This document shows, in pieces, positions 48,584 to 57,657 of a stretch of DNA of 64,000 nucleotides. The notes beneath the pieces are model-generated. The model worked only from the letters and a program-made list of their open reading frames with translations. It ran no database searches and had not been told where the DNA came from. Numbering within the stretch: position 1 is the first letter of the stretch; every line of letters starts with the position of its first letter. Both the position numbers and the translations under genes were made by a program. The stretch covers positions 1,346 to 65,345 of the forward strand of contig PLZO01000125.1 in assembly GCA_003152165.1 (NCBI GenBank), written 5' to 3'. The stretch comes from Chloroflexota bacterium. Its GTDB lineage: Bacteria; Chloroflexota; Limnocylindria; Limnocylindrales; CSP1-4.

Positions 48584-49002
48584 AGGCCGCTCAGTTCGAG
48601 AATCCGCTCGGCCTCCGCGATCAAGCCGTCAGCAGACAGGCCGAGGTCACGAGCAATCCTCTGAGCTTCGATCTTCATGTCGAGTCTGATATCAACCCGC
48701 TCCCGATAGACCTCGGGGCGATGGGCTTTGAGCAGGAAGATCAGGAGGGTGTCGCTCTGCGACAAAGCCCGCGCCCGTGCCTGCGCCTCCAAAACGTCAA
48801 TCCCATCCTGCTCGGCCTGTGCCCAGAGTCCGGCAAATTTCGAATCTCGTTGCCGGCGCCGATAGGCGGTATCCCGATCGATGCCGGCGGCATCTGCTGA
48901 AAGCCGAACGTTGCAGGTCGAGCGAAATACCTCAAGGAAGCGCCCAGCCCAGTCGACCTTGAGCACCCTCGTAGGTGCCGATTCTGCCGAGCGCTCAGTC
49001 AT
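48580..49002 (-). CDS. terminase small subunit-like HTH protein
   Basis: FLEVF..CNVRLSADAAGIDRDTAYRRR..F..W..A..LEAQARARA..SDTLLIFLLKA.RPEVYRE. Confidence 0.7.
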   Translation of the reverse strand: MTERSAESAPTRVLKVDWAGRFLEVFRSTCNVRLSADAAGIDRDTAYRRRQRDSKFAGLWAQAEQDGIDVLEAQARARALSQSDTLLIFLLKAHRPEVYRERVDIRLDMKIEAQRIARDLGLSADGLIAEAERILELSGL

Positions 49003-50359
49003 CTCGAACCGCCTTGCGACCGGTGAACGCCTCCCAGCGGGCGATCACGATCTGGGCGTACTTCGGGTCAATCTCCATCCCGTAGCACCGCCGGCCGAGG
49101 CGCTCGGCAGCGATCAGTGTTGTCCCGCTACCCAAGAACGGATCAAAGACTGCCTCGCCGGCTCGGAGGTGATTGCGGATCGGCGCCTCGGAAAGGACGA
49201 CCGGTTTCTGCGCGGGATGGTCGAATTTCTCCTCCTCCGACCCGCCCATGATCATCTTCGGGCTCGGCGCCCGCCAGACCGTGGCCTGATTGCGCTCGCC
49301 GAGGAACGGGACCTTCGATCCGGGCTTCCTGACGACCCAGCATGGTTCGTGGGCCCAGTGGTACCAAGATCGACCCATCGCGAAGAGGCCCTTGTCCCAG
49401 ATGATCTGGCTCACGATGCTGAAGCCAATCCGCTCCAACCCTGCTGCCACCTCTCCTGCATGAACGCCGGCGTGCCAGACGTACCCGACGGTCAGACTCG
49501 GGACTAATTCGAATGCCTCTGACCAATCGATCCTTGTGTCGCCGCTCAGGGTGGTGTTCTGATGGCCAACGGTACGCACGTGTGGCGCCACGTTGGCCCC
49601 TGTGGCGTTGTTATTGTCGGTTTGGCCATCGATCCGCATATACGGTCGTTCGGCCGGACCGAGGGCGTTGTAGACGCCATCCCGCCACGTTGGGTCGAGG
49701 CTTACTCCGTACGGTGGGTCGGTAGATAACAGGGTCGGTTCGGCCCCATCGAGTAGCCGGGCGACGTCGTCCGGGTTGATCGCATCACCGCAGAGCAGGC
49801 GATGCTCGCCAAGAAGCCAAAGGTCGCCAGGCCGGACGTAGATCTCGGCCTCATCGGCCTCGGGTTGGAGGTCATCTGGGTCGGTTAATCCAAGCTGGCG
49901 GATGTGGTTCTTGTCGGCCAGATCATCGAGCAATTCCTGCAGGCCATCGTCGCTCGCGGTCAGGTCCCGGAGCAGCGCGGCCAGCCTGGAGGCGTCCGCC
50001 GTCGCGAGAGCGCCAATGGGATCAAGGCTGGCCAGTACGAGGCGCTCGTCCTCCTCGGACAGATCGACGTAGGTTACGGGGATCGTTGGTTCGCCCCGGG
50101 ATACGGCTAGCTCGACCCGCAAGTGGCCATCGACGAGCCGCCCGGTGGTCCGATTTACTGTGGCTGGGGCCACCCACCCAACCTGGCCGAGGGCGGCAGC
50201 CAGCGATTTCGCCTGCCCGCTTGGATGGGTGCGCCAATTCAATGGGTTGCCGATCAGCTCGGCCGGGTCGACATCGCCGTGGCCCGTAATCCTATTGATC
50301 CAGGGCGTGCTCAGACCCTTCGACTTCTTCTTGGGCGTGAGGAGGGTCTGCTCGGTCAT
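48995..50359 (-). CDS. phage-type ParB-like domain + N6/N4 DNA methyltransferase
   Basis: NPLNWRTH, LVDGHLR; GDLWLLGEHRLLCGD, TDPPY, HPAQKP, DPFLGSGTT, GMEIDPKY. Confidence 0.92.
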   Translation of the reverse strand: MTEQTLLTPKKKSKGLSTPWINRITGHGDVDPAELIGNPLNWRTHPSGQAKSLAAALGQVGWVAPATVNRTTGRLVDGHLRVELAVSRGEPTIPVTYVDLSEEDERLVLASLDPIGALATADASRLAALLRDLTASDDGLQELLDDLADKNHIRQLGLTDPDDLQPEADEAEIYVRPGDLWLLGEHRLLCGDAINPDDVARLLDGAEPTLLSTDPPYGVSLDPTWRDGVYNALGPAERPYMRIDGQTDNNNATGANVAPHVRTVGHQNTTLSGDTRIDWSEAFELVPSLTVGYVWHAGVHAGEVAAGLERIGFSIVSQIIWDKGLFAMGRSWYHWAHEPCWVVRKPGSKVPFLGERNQATVWRAPSPKMIMGGSEEEKFDHPAQKPVVLSEAPIRNHLRAGEAVFDPFLGSGTTLIAAERLGRRCYGMEIDPKYAQIVIARWEAFTGRKAVRDD

Positions 50360-50691
50360 GCATCAAAGCTAGCTGGGCAGGGGCGCCGGATCTATCCCTG
50401 ATCCGTCTGCATCCCGTTGCTCGAACGACAAGGTCTGCCAAACGATCACGCGTTCGAGCATTCCCAACCGTCGTCCTCCCAATGGACGAGGAGTAGCATC
50501 GGTCGACGGACGGTGGCAATCCGGAGGGCTTTGAACCCGGGCTCGTCGAGGTTGACCCCCTTGAAGTCGAGCTGGCAAGCATCACCCAAGGTTGGGCAAC
50601 TCCCCTCGTCCCGCGTTCCTACCATCCAGGCGATCGTGGTCGCGAGGACTACCGAGACGAGGCCGAACTCTTCGAGGAACATGGCTACGTC

Positions 50692-51300
50692 GTGTCGGTC
50701 GTGCGAGAAGCTACAGCACTGACGGCGACCTATCGGAAGAACCCCGCCAGAGACGTCGATGGTCCGCTAGACACTTTCGTCCGGATCTACGAGGACAAAC
50801 AGCAATCCGACGCGGTTGCCTTGTTCGAGGAGGACGCCGCGGACCTCGACCTCGACGGCTATTCGCCGACCGACCAACGCTGGGCTTCACCAAAACCGGG
50901 TGAGCTGCTCGGCAGGCTACTGGTGACGTACACGAAGGAGGCTCCAGTCCCGATCATCGTTTGGAGCTACCCGGGTCGGACGCAAGTTGACGCGGGCGAG
51001 GTCTACGCGAAACACGCCCTGGAATTAGCTGTTCAAGGCTACGTCCCGATCTCCCAGAGTTGGGCCGAGGGTCGACCGGGCGCCGGAAGGGTCCTGATGA
51101 TCGGGGTATTTGCATCATCGATCCGGCCGAAGGGCTTCCTGACGGTGACGTACCGATTGGAGCCCGCGAAAAAGGCGCCGACAGCATTAGCTCCAGATCC
51201 AATTGACCAGATCCAGCGTCTCGGCAAGCTCCGCGACAGCGGTGTGCTGACGGTCCAAGAGTTCGAGGCCAAGAAGGCCGAGCTCCTCGCCCGGATGTAG
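50692..51300 (+). CDS. SHOCT domain protein (start uncertain)
   Basis: C-terminal DQIQRLGKLRDSGVLTVQEFEAKKAELL. Confidence 0.75.
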   Translation: MSVVREATALTATYRKNPARDVDGPLDTFVRIYEDKQQSDAVALFEEDAADLDLDGYSPTDQRWASPKPGELLGRLLVTYTKEAPVPIIVWSYPGRTQVDAGEVYAKHALELAVQGYVPISQSWAEGRPGAGRVLMIGVFASSIRPKGFLTVTYRLEPAKKAPTALAPDPIDQIQRLGKLRDSGVLTVQEFEAKKAELLARM

Positions 51301-51433
51301 AGCGGCCAGCAGCGATTCGGAACGGTGAAGGTCGTCCTCGTCGCATGGACCCGGCTCGGGGACGCCGTGATTTGGGCCTGCCCGAAGTCGCCTGCCGGCT
51401 GCGCCGCGAGTTCGAGTACCCGCCGTACGGCGA

Positions 51434-51532
51434 TCACGCCAGATCTCGCTCGGCATCCAGCCAGTCCTCCCGACCAACGATCGGAATCCGGATAGTGGGT
51501 GCTTGTGGCCCCGGCCCCTGCCGGGGACGCCA
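51434..51532 (-). other. alternative integrase 3' end stored at attR
   Basis: In frame with the att core: WRPRQG-PGPQAPTIRIPIVGREDWLDAERDLA-stop. Confidence 0.7.
51516..51532 (+). repeat. attR core, 17-bp direct repeat CCCTGCCGGGGACGCCA
   Basis: Identical to the tRNA-Arg 3' end at 13920-13936. Confidence 0.92.
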
Positions 51533-51671
51533 CTTGCCCCGTGGTACTCCCGGACGGGACGAACGTACGGCTTGGCGGTGAACATGGCCAACCCGTACGC
51601 TCCGCCCAGCAGCAGGCCGCACTCTACCCGTCACAACCGGACGGGCCCGGAACGGCCGAAGACGCACCGAC

Positions 51672-51884
51672 GTGAGGCAAACTCGACCGATGGCATCAAT
51701 GGCGGCCACTGACCTGGGACCGATGCTTACCGCGAGCGAAGTTGCCGAGATGCTCCACCTGCACGTGAACACGGTGAAGCGACTCGGGGACCGCGGCGAG
51801 CTTCCCTTCTATCGTGTCTGTAAGCGGGGCGACCGACGCTTTCGCCTCGACGACGTGATGGCCTTCCTCGCCCGCAACCGCTAG
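51672..51884 (+). CDS. excisionase/BldC-like HTH DNA-binding protein
   Basis: MLTASEVAEMLHLHVNTVKR..GELPFYRV..GDRRFR. Confidence 0.85.
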   Translation: MRQTRPMASMAATDLGPMLTASEVAEMLHLHVNTVKRLGDRGELPFYRVCKRGDRRFRLDDVMAFLARNR

Positions 51885-51981
51885 TCCCGGCGGGGCGTCG
51901 CCCAGCTCCAGAATCGTCTTCGAGCGCTCGCCCGCCGGCGAGCGCTCGCTGCTGTCCGCGGCGCACGTCCGGCTGCCCTAG

Positions 51982-53014
51982 CTGTAGCCCCCACACACGT
52001 TGTTGACAGATGAGAGTCCCGCTGCAGGGTTTGGGGTGTCGAGCACCAAGCCAAGCAGGAGACTCTCGTGGCACATCCTAGGGCCCGTCTGACCGTCTTC
52101 GGTCGTCAGCTCCTCATCGCCCGGGTGGCGGCGGGCTGGCCAGCAGCGCACGTCGCCGAACAGTTCGGGATCAGCCGGGCGACGGCATACAAGTGGGTCC
52201 GCCGGCATCGAGCGGAAGGCGACCGCGGGCTCGAGGACCGCTCATCCCGACCGCGTCGTTCACCGCGTCGGCTGAATCCGGCCGCCGAGGCCGAGATCCT
52301 GGCCGCCCGAGCAACCTGGCGGTACGGACCCGACCGGCTCGGGCCGCTGCTGGGCCGACCGCCCTCGACCGTCCATCGGGTGCTCGTGAGGCATGGCTTG
52401 AGCCGGCTGGGCGATGCCGACAAGGTGACGACCGCACCGATCCGCTATGTCGCCTGCCATCCCGGGGCGCTGCTTCACCAGGACCACAAGAAGCTCGGAC
52501 GGATCCCTGACGGCGGCGGCTGGCGGGCGCTCGGTCGCGGTGGCGGCACGAAGCGAGGGCATGGCCGGATCGGCTACGACCATCTCGAAGTCGTCATCGA
52601 CGACACCAGCCGCTACGCGGTCGTCGTCCCGGTCCCCGACGAGTCCGGCGCCTCGGCGGTGGCAGCCCTCGAGACCGCGGCCCTCGAGTTCGCTCGCCTC
52701 GGCATCCGGATCGAGCGGGTCCTGACCGACAACGGCAGTGCCTATCGGTCCTCGACGTACCGGACGGCCGTCGATGGGCTTGGCGCCAGGCACAAGCGGA
52801 CCAGGCCGTTTCGACCACAGACGAACGGCAAGGCCGAGCGGCTCATCCAGACCCTGCTGCGCGAGTGGGCGTACGGCCGCCCATACCGCACGAACGACGA
52901 GCGTGTGACCGCCCTACCCCTGTTCGTCGACTTCTACAATCAGCGACGACCCCACACCGCGCTCGGCGGTCAATCACCCCTCGATGCTGTCAGCAACGTC
53001 CCTGGAGACCACAG
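51982..53014 (+). mobile_element. IS481-family insertion sequence
   Basis: Imperfect 28-bp terminal inverted repeats (CTGTAGCCCCCACACACGTTGTTGACAG vs CTGTGGTCTCCAGGGACGTTGCTGACAG), flanking CTAG at 51978 and 53015. Confidence 0.9.
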
Positions 53015-53018
53015 CTAG
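52068..53018 (+). CDS. IS481-family DDE transposase
   Basis: MAHPRARLT..GR, HTH, HQDHKKLGRI, IDDTSR, TDNG, PQTNGKAER, YNQRRPH. Confidence 0.95.
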   Translation: MAHPRARLTVFGRQLLIARVAAGWPAAHVAEQFGISRATAYKWVRRHRAEGDRGLEDRSSRPRRSPRRLNPAAEAEILAARATWRYGPDRLGPLLGRPPSTVHRVLVRHGLSRLGDADKVTTAPIRYVACHPGALLHQDHKKLGRIPDGGGWRALGRGGGTKRGHGRIGYDHLEVVIDDTSRYAVVVPVPDESGASAVAALETAALEFARLGIRIERVLTDNGSAYRSSTYRTAVDGLGARHKRTRPFRPQTNGKAERLIQTLLREWAYGRPYRTNDERVTALPLFVDFYNQRRPHTALGGQSPLDAVSNVPGDHS

Positions 53019-54340
53019 CCGAGCACGGAAGCCAGTGTCCGATCGAGGATCCCGAGCGCCTCGCCGACTTCCGCCGGGCTGACATCGATGGGCGGGATCA
53101 GCCGGATGACGTTGTGGTCGCGGCCGCACGACAGTACGAGCAGGCCCGCATCGGCACAGCCGGCCACGAGCGCGCTGACGAGCGCTTCGTCGGGTTCCTT
53201 CGTTCGGCGGTCCTTGACGAACTCGATCCCGATCATCAGGCCGGGCCCCCGGATGTCGCCGATTCGAGGGTCCTCGGCCGCGATCGCCTGGAGGCCGCGG
53301 GTCAGCTCGGCCCCCCGGGCGGCGGCATTCTCGACGAGCTGCTCCGAGTGGATCGTGGCCAGCACGGCTCGCGCCGCGGCGCAGGCAACAGGGTTGCCGC
53401 CGTATGTGCTGCCGTGGGCGCCCCGGTCCCAGCGTTCCTGGAGATCGCGCCGGCTGACAATCGCCGACAGCGGCAGGCCGTTGGCGATGGCCTTGGCCAC
53501 GCAGACCACGTCGGGCACGATGCCGGAGTGCTCGAACGCCCACATCCGGCCGGTCCGGCCATAGCCGGTCTGGACCTCGTCTGCGATCAGGACAATGCCG
53601 TGCTCGGCACTGAACGCCCGGAGGGCCCTCAGGAACGGGGCGGGAGCCGGGGTGTAGCCGCCTTCGCCCTGGATCGGCTCGATCAGGATCGAGGCGATGC
53701 CCTCGGCCGGGATGGTCGTCCGGACGAGGGCATCGAGCGCAGCGAGGCATACCGCGGTCGCTCGCTCCTCGTCGCCGTCGAAATCGCGGTAGGCGGCCGG
53801 GAACGGCAGGAGATGAACGCCGGGCAGAAGCGGTTCATAGCCCACCCGGTAATTCAGGGCAGAGCTCGTGACCGAGGCCGCGCCCAGCGTCCGGCCGTGG
53901 AAGCCACCTCGGAACGCGACGATCCCGGCCCGGCCGGTGGTCCGTCGGGCAAGCTTGAGGGCCGCCTCGATCGCCTCCGACCCGGAGTTCAGGAACATCA
54001 CCGTGTCGAGCGGTTCGGGGAAGGTTGCCGCGAGCTCCACTGCCAGGCGAACGACTGGTTCTGCGTAGCCGATCGCGGCGGTCGGCACGATCAGCCGGTC
54101 GACCTGCTCATGGATTGCCCTGGTCACGGCCGGGTGGCGGTGGCCGAGGGCCGAGACGGCGATGCCGTTGGCAAAGTCGAGATAGCTCTTGCCGTCCGTG
54201 TCGAACAGGCGATGGCCGATCCCGTGGCTCCAGCTACGCTCGAAGTAGCGGCCGAGGACGGGCGTCAGGTTCGGTCCAGCCACGGCGCGCAGGTCCGCAC
54301 CGGTCGGAGCGATCGAGGCGGCGGGCGGCATGGGGTCCAT
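53015..54340 (-). CDS. class III PLP aminotransferase (4-aminobutyrate aminotransferase-like)
   Basis: YLDFANGI, NSGSEAIE, FHGRT, IEPIQGEGG, ADEVQTGYGRTG, AKAIANG, HGSTYGGNP. Confidence 0.92.
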   Translation of the reverse strand: MDPMPPAASIAPTGADLRAVAGPNLTPVLGRYFERSWSHGIGHRLFDTDGKSYLDFANGIAVSALGHRHPAVTRAIHEQVDRLIVPTAAIGYAEPVVRLAVELAATFPEPLDTVMFLNSGSEAIEAALKLARRTTGRAGIVAFRGGFHGRTLGAASVTSSALNYRVGYEPLLPGVHLLPFPAAYRDFDGDEERATAVCLAALDALVRTTIPAEGIASILIEPIQGEGGYTPAPAPFLRALRAFSAEHGIVLIADEVQTGYGRTGRMWAFEHSGIVPDVVCVAKAIANGLPLSAIVSRRDLQERWDRGAHGSTYGGNPVACAAARAVLATIHSEQLVENAAARGAELTRGLQAIAAEDPRIGDIRGPGLMIGIEFVKDRRTKEPDEALVSALVAGCADAGLLVLSCGRDHNVIRLIPPIDVSPAEVGEALGILDRTLASVLG

Positions 54341-54464
54341 CCAGCGAGGATACCGGCTCGCGGCTGGGACCGCCGTCCCGGTCGCGGGGCGCCCGGCCAC
54401 GATCGGCCTGTTGGCGATGCACAATGGCCACGTTCCGGTCCCACTCCCCGGAGGTTCAACCCTC

Positions 54465-55676
54465 GTGATCGACTTCGGGCTAAGCGCTGAGAACCGGCTG
54501 GTCCAGGCCAGCGCCCGGGCGTTTGCAGAGACCGAAATCCTGCCCCATATCCGGGACTGGGACAGCCGCGGCGAGGCGCATCCCGAGGTCTTCTCACGGA
54601 TGGCCGAGCTCGGCTTCCTGGGCGCCCCGATCCCGGAGGCGTACGGCGGGTTGGGCATGGACTACATCAGCTTCGCCCTCCTGTGCGAGGAGCTCGAACG
54701 GGCCGATACCGCCTTCCGGGTTGTCCAGAGCGTGCACGTCGGGCTGAACTCGCTCACGCTGCTCCAGTGGGGGACCGAGACGCAGCGCCAGAAGTACCTC
54801 GTGGCGCAGGCTCGCGGCGAGAAGCTGGCCACCTTTGCCCTGACTGAGCCGGGAGTGGGAACCGACGCTGGCGCGCTCCAGACCACCGCCCGGCGCGACG
54901 GTGATGTCTATCGGCTGAACGGCCAGAAGATCTGGATCAGCCTGGCCGATATCGCCGACCATTTCCTCGTTTTCGCGACCGTCGACCGAGCGAAGAAGCA
55001 TCGCGGGGTGACGGCCTTCATCGTCGAGCGAGGCTTCAAGGGACTGGCGACCGGCACCCTCCACGGCAAGCTCGGCATCCATGCCGGGAACACCGGCATC
55101 GTCAATCTCGAGAATTGCGAAGTCCCGGTTGAGAACCGGTTGGGCGAGGAAGGCGAGGGTTTCCTGATCGCGATGAGCGCGATCGACCAGGGCCGCTACA
55201 CCGTGGCGGCGGGAGCGGTGGGCCTCGCCCAGGCTTGTCTCGATGCGAGCCTCAAGTACGCCCACGAGCGTCAGACATTCGGCGCTGAGATCGGCCGGCA
55301 CCAGCTGGTCAAGCAGATGATTGCCAAGATGGCGGCCGGGACCGAGATCGGCCGGCTCCTCGTGTGGCGCGCCGGCTGGCTCAAGAACCGGGGGCTGCGC
55401 AATACCCGCGAGACAAGCCTGGCCAAATGGCATGCCACCGAGCACTCGGTCCAGGCTGCGCTCGATGCGATCCAGATCCACGGTGCCAACGGCTACTCGA
55501 ACGAATTCCCCGTCGAACGCTACTTGCGCAATTCGAAGGCGGCCGTGATCTACGAGGGCACGAGCCAGCTCCATACCCTGATCCAGGCCGATTACGCCCT
55601 GGGGTACCGGGAGGACCGGTCCCTCCGCTGTGAGCCCTGGCCGGCCCAGGGCTTCGAACGGACCGACGCGGGGTGA
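54465..55676 (+). CDS. acyl-CoA dehydrogenase
   Basis: GGAGG SD before GTG; FALTEPGVGTD, GQKIWIS, RQTFG, IQIHGANGY, IYEGTSQLH. Confidence 0.93.
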   Translation: MIDFGLSAENRLVQASARAFAETEILPHIRDWDSRGEAHPEVFSRMAELGFLGAPIPEAYGGLGMDYISFALLCEELERADTAFRVVQSVHVGLNSLTLLQWGTETQRQKYLVAQARGEKLATFALTEPGVGTDAGALQTTARRDGDVYRLNGQKIWISLADIADHFLVFATVDRAKKHRGVTAFIVERGFKGLATGTLHGKLGIHAGNTGIVNLENCEVPVENRLGEEGEGFLIAMSAIDQGRYTVAAGAVGLAQACLDASLKYAHERQTFGAEIGRHQLVKQMIAKMAAGTEIGRLLVWRAGWLKNRGLRNTRETSLAKWHATEHSVQAALDAIQIHGANGYSNEFPVERYLRNSKAAVIYEGTSQLHTLIQADYALGYREDRSLRCEPWPAQGFERTDAG

Positions 55677-55721
55677 GCCCATGCCCGGCGGCGACGTTAG
55701 GGGGAGGTCACCTCGGCCGGA

Positions 55722-56780
55722 TCAATGGGCCCCGGCAGGATCGGCACTCGCGGTCGCGGGATCAGGCCCGCGGCTCGGCCGACCTCGAGCAGTCACGATC
55801 AGGGCAACGCTAATGACAATCACCGCCCCGGCCAGGGCGGTCCGCGCCTCGATCGTCTCGCCCAGCAGCAGCCCGGCCAGGACGAAGGCCACGATCGGGT
55901 TGACATAGGCATAGGTCGCGATCTTGGGCAGGGGCGCAACGCGCAGCAGCCACACGTACGTGGTGAAGCCGACCAGGCTGCCGACCGTCGTGAGGTAGGC
56001 CAGTCCAAGGATGGATCGACCGGTTACAGCGGCGATCTCGAATCCGCGCAGCTCCCCGGTCAGCACGGCGGCGATCAGGAGCAGCGTGCCGCCGCACACC
56101 ATCTGGAGCCCGGTGGCCGTCAGCGGACGGTGCGGCAGGACAGCGCGATGGCTCGAGTAGAGCGAACCCGCGGCCCAGCAGATCGGTGAGCAGAGCAGTA
56201 CGAGGAGGCCAAACGGGTCGAACGCCAGTCCGCCGGAGGAACCAAGCGGACCGACCAGGATCACGACGCCGCCCAGCCCAACCACGATTCCCAGAACGAC
56301 CGCCGGAGCGAGCCGATTGCCGAAGAAGATCCGGCCGAGGACGGCGATCCAGACCGGCAGGAGGGCAATCTGGAAGGCGGCGATCCCGGCCGGGACGGTC
56401 CGCTCGCCGAGCGCCACCAGGCCCATCCCACCCAGCAGGAGAGCGCCCCCAACGATCGCCGAGTCCCGCCATTGACGGGCTGTTGGCAGGCTTGGCCGCT
56501 CTCCCGCCGGCATCGCCGGATCGCGCCCGATCCGGCGGACGGCGAGCACTTCCCAGGCCAGCAGGGCGGCGCCGGCCATCAGGAATCGGGTGCCTGCCAT
56601 CAGGAACGGCGGGATGGACTCGTCGGCAAGGCGGATGCCGATGTAGGTCGAGCCCCACACAAAATAAAGAACCAGCAGGCCGAGCCAGATCGCGAGCGGG
56701 CCGGCGCTGCTGCGGAGCCGCAGGTAATTGCCCTCGGCTAAACTTGGCTCAGTTGGCTGGTCCAAGTGTGCAGCATACAT
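55722..56780 (-). CDS. EamA/DMT family transporter (YedA-like)
   Basis: YFVWGSTY, PPFLMAGTRF, YVWLLR, TYAYVNP; ten TM helices. Confidence 0.9.
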   Translation of the reverse strand: MYAAHLDQPTEPSLAEGNYLRLRSSAGPLAIWLGLLVLYFVWGSTYIGIRLADESIPPFLMAGTRFLMAGAALLAWEVLAVRRIGRDPAMPAGERPSLPTARQWRDSAIVGGALLLGGMGLVALGERTVPAGIAAFQIALLPVWIAVLGRIFFGNRLAPAVVLGIVVGLGGVVILVGPLGSSGGLAFDPFGLLVLLCSPICWAAGSLYSSHRAVLPHRPLTATGLQMVCGGTLLLIAAVLTGELRGFEIAAVTGRSILGLAYLTTVGSLVGFTTYVWLLRVAPLPKIATYAYVNPIVAFVLAGLLLGETIEARTALAGAVIVISVALIVTARGRPSRGPDPATASADPAGAH

Positions 56781-56820
56781 CGAGTGCGGATCAGCCTGTT
56801 GGCGGACCAGACTGGGTGGT

Positions 56821-57657
56821 TCAGGCGGTCGCCCCGGCCGTCGGGCAGGCGGCGGCTGCCGGGCGGCATTCACGGCAGGCCCGATAGCCCGCCCTGGCCC
56901 CATCGCCGGCAGATCGGAAGGCAACCCGGTGCTTTTCAGCGATTCGCTGCGCGTTGTGGCAGGTCGGAAGGCAGTAGACCCGGGTCGTGTCGGAGCCGAT
57001 GTAGCGGATGCCTGACCGGGCGAGCCCCTCCATGCCCTCCGGATCAAGGCCTTCCGACGCGAGCAGGGTCCGCTTGTTGGCCGCCCCGCCGAGTGAGTAC
57101 TGGCCGAGCATGCCGTCGCTGCGGACCACCCGGTGGCAGGGTACGATCAGGGGCACGGGGTTATGGCCGAGCGCTGTGCCCACTGCCCGGACTGCGTTCG
57201 GCCGGCCGATCTCGGCCGCGATCCAGCCGTACGGCCGGACTTCCCCGCGCGGAATCTCGAGGGCCTTCATCCAGACGTCCGTCTCGAATGCCGTGTGGCC
57301 GCGGAGGTCCAGGGGGATGTTTACCCGGCGATCGCCCGCCAACCGACGCTGGATGCCACTCGCCAGGCGTGGCGGAAGGACGCCTACGCCGTGGGCGCGG
57401 CGGCCCCGGGTTGCCAGCGCCCGGGTCTCGAACTCGGCGGCGGACACCGCCGACTCGACCGAGCTCACGCCGAGGCCGTTGAAAGCCACCCAGATCTGGC
57501 CGATGGCGGTGTCGATCGGGGCGTAGGCATCGGCCAGGCCAACGGCGATCAGGGTTCGATCAGACAGGCCTTTCGGTGCAGCCACGGCGAGATCGTGGAG
57601 GGCGGCCTCGATGAGGGCGTCGGGTGCCGCCGGGGGTGGATTCGTCGATGAGGTCAC
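56821..57657 (-). CDS. methylated-DNA-protein-cysteine methyltransferase with C-terminal Ada Zn-binding domain
   Basis: IPRGEVRPY, AVRAVG, NPVPLIVPCHRVV; C-terminal TTRVYCLPTC..GYRACRECRP. Confidence 0.92.
   Translation of the reverse strand: MTSSTNPPPAAPDALIEAALHDLAVAAPKGLSDRTLIAVGLADAYAPIDTAIGQIWVAFNGLGVSSVESAVSAAEFETRALATRGRRAHGVGVLPPRLASGIQRRLAGDRRVNIPLDLRGHTAFETDVWMKALEIPRGEVRPYGWIAAEIGRPNAVRAVGTALGHNPVPLIVPCHRVVRSDGMLGQYSLGGAANKRTLLASEGLDPEGMEGLARSGIRYIGSDTTRVYCLPTCHNAQRIAEKHRVAFRSAGDGARAGYRACRECRPAAAACPTAGATA

Larger units (their letters stand above)
13937..51532. mobile_element. tRNA-Arg-integrated genomic island / phage-satellite-like element (37.6 kb)
   Basis: 17-bp att repeats, integrase at the left end, primase, TerS-like and phage-type MTase, defence and stress cargo, many pseudogenes. 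Confidence 0.9.

Noticed and set aside
13937..51532. Intact prophage or conjugative ICE
   Set aside because: No recognisable capsid, portal, large terminase, tail, lysis, relaxase or T4SS genes.
52865..54490. Long 541-aa plus-strand ORF, and similar long ORFs such as 6557-7924, 17365-18531, 18826-20079 and 54594-55682
   Set aside because: Antisense or off-frame shadows of well-supported genes; stop codons are rare in high-GC DNA and the translations lack motifs.
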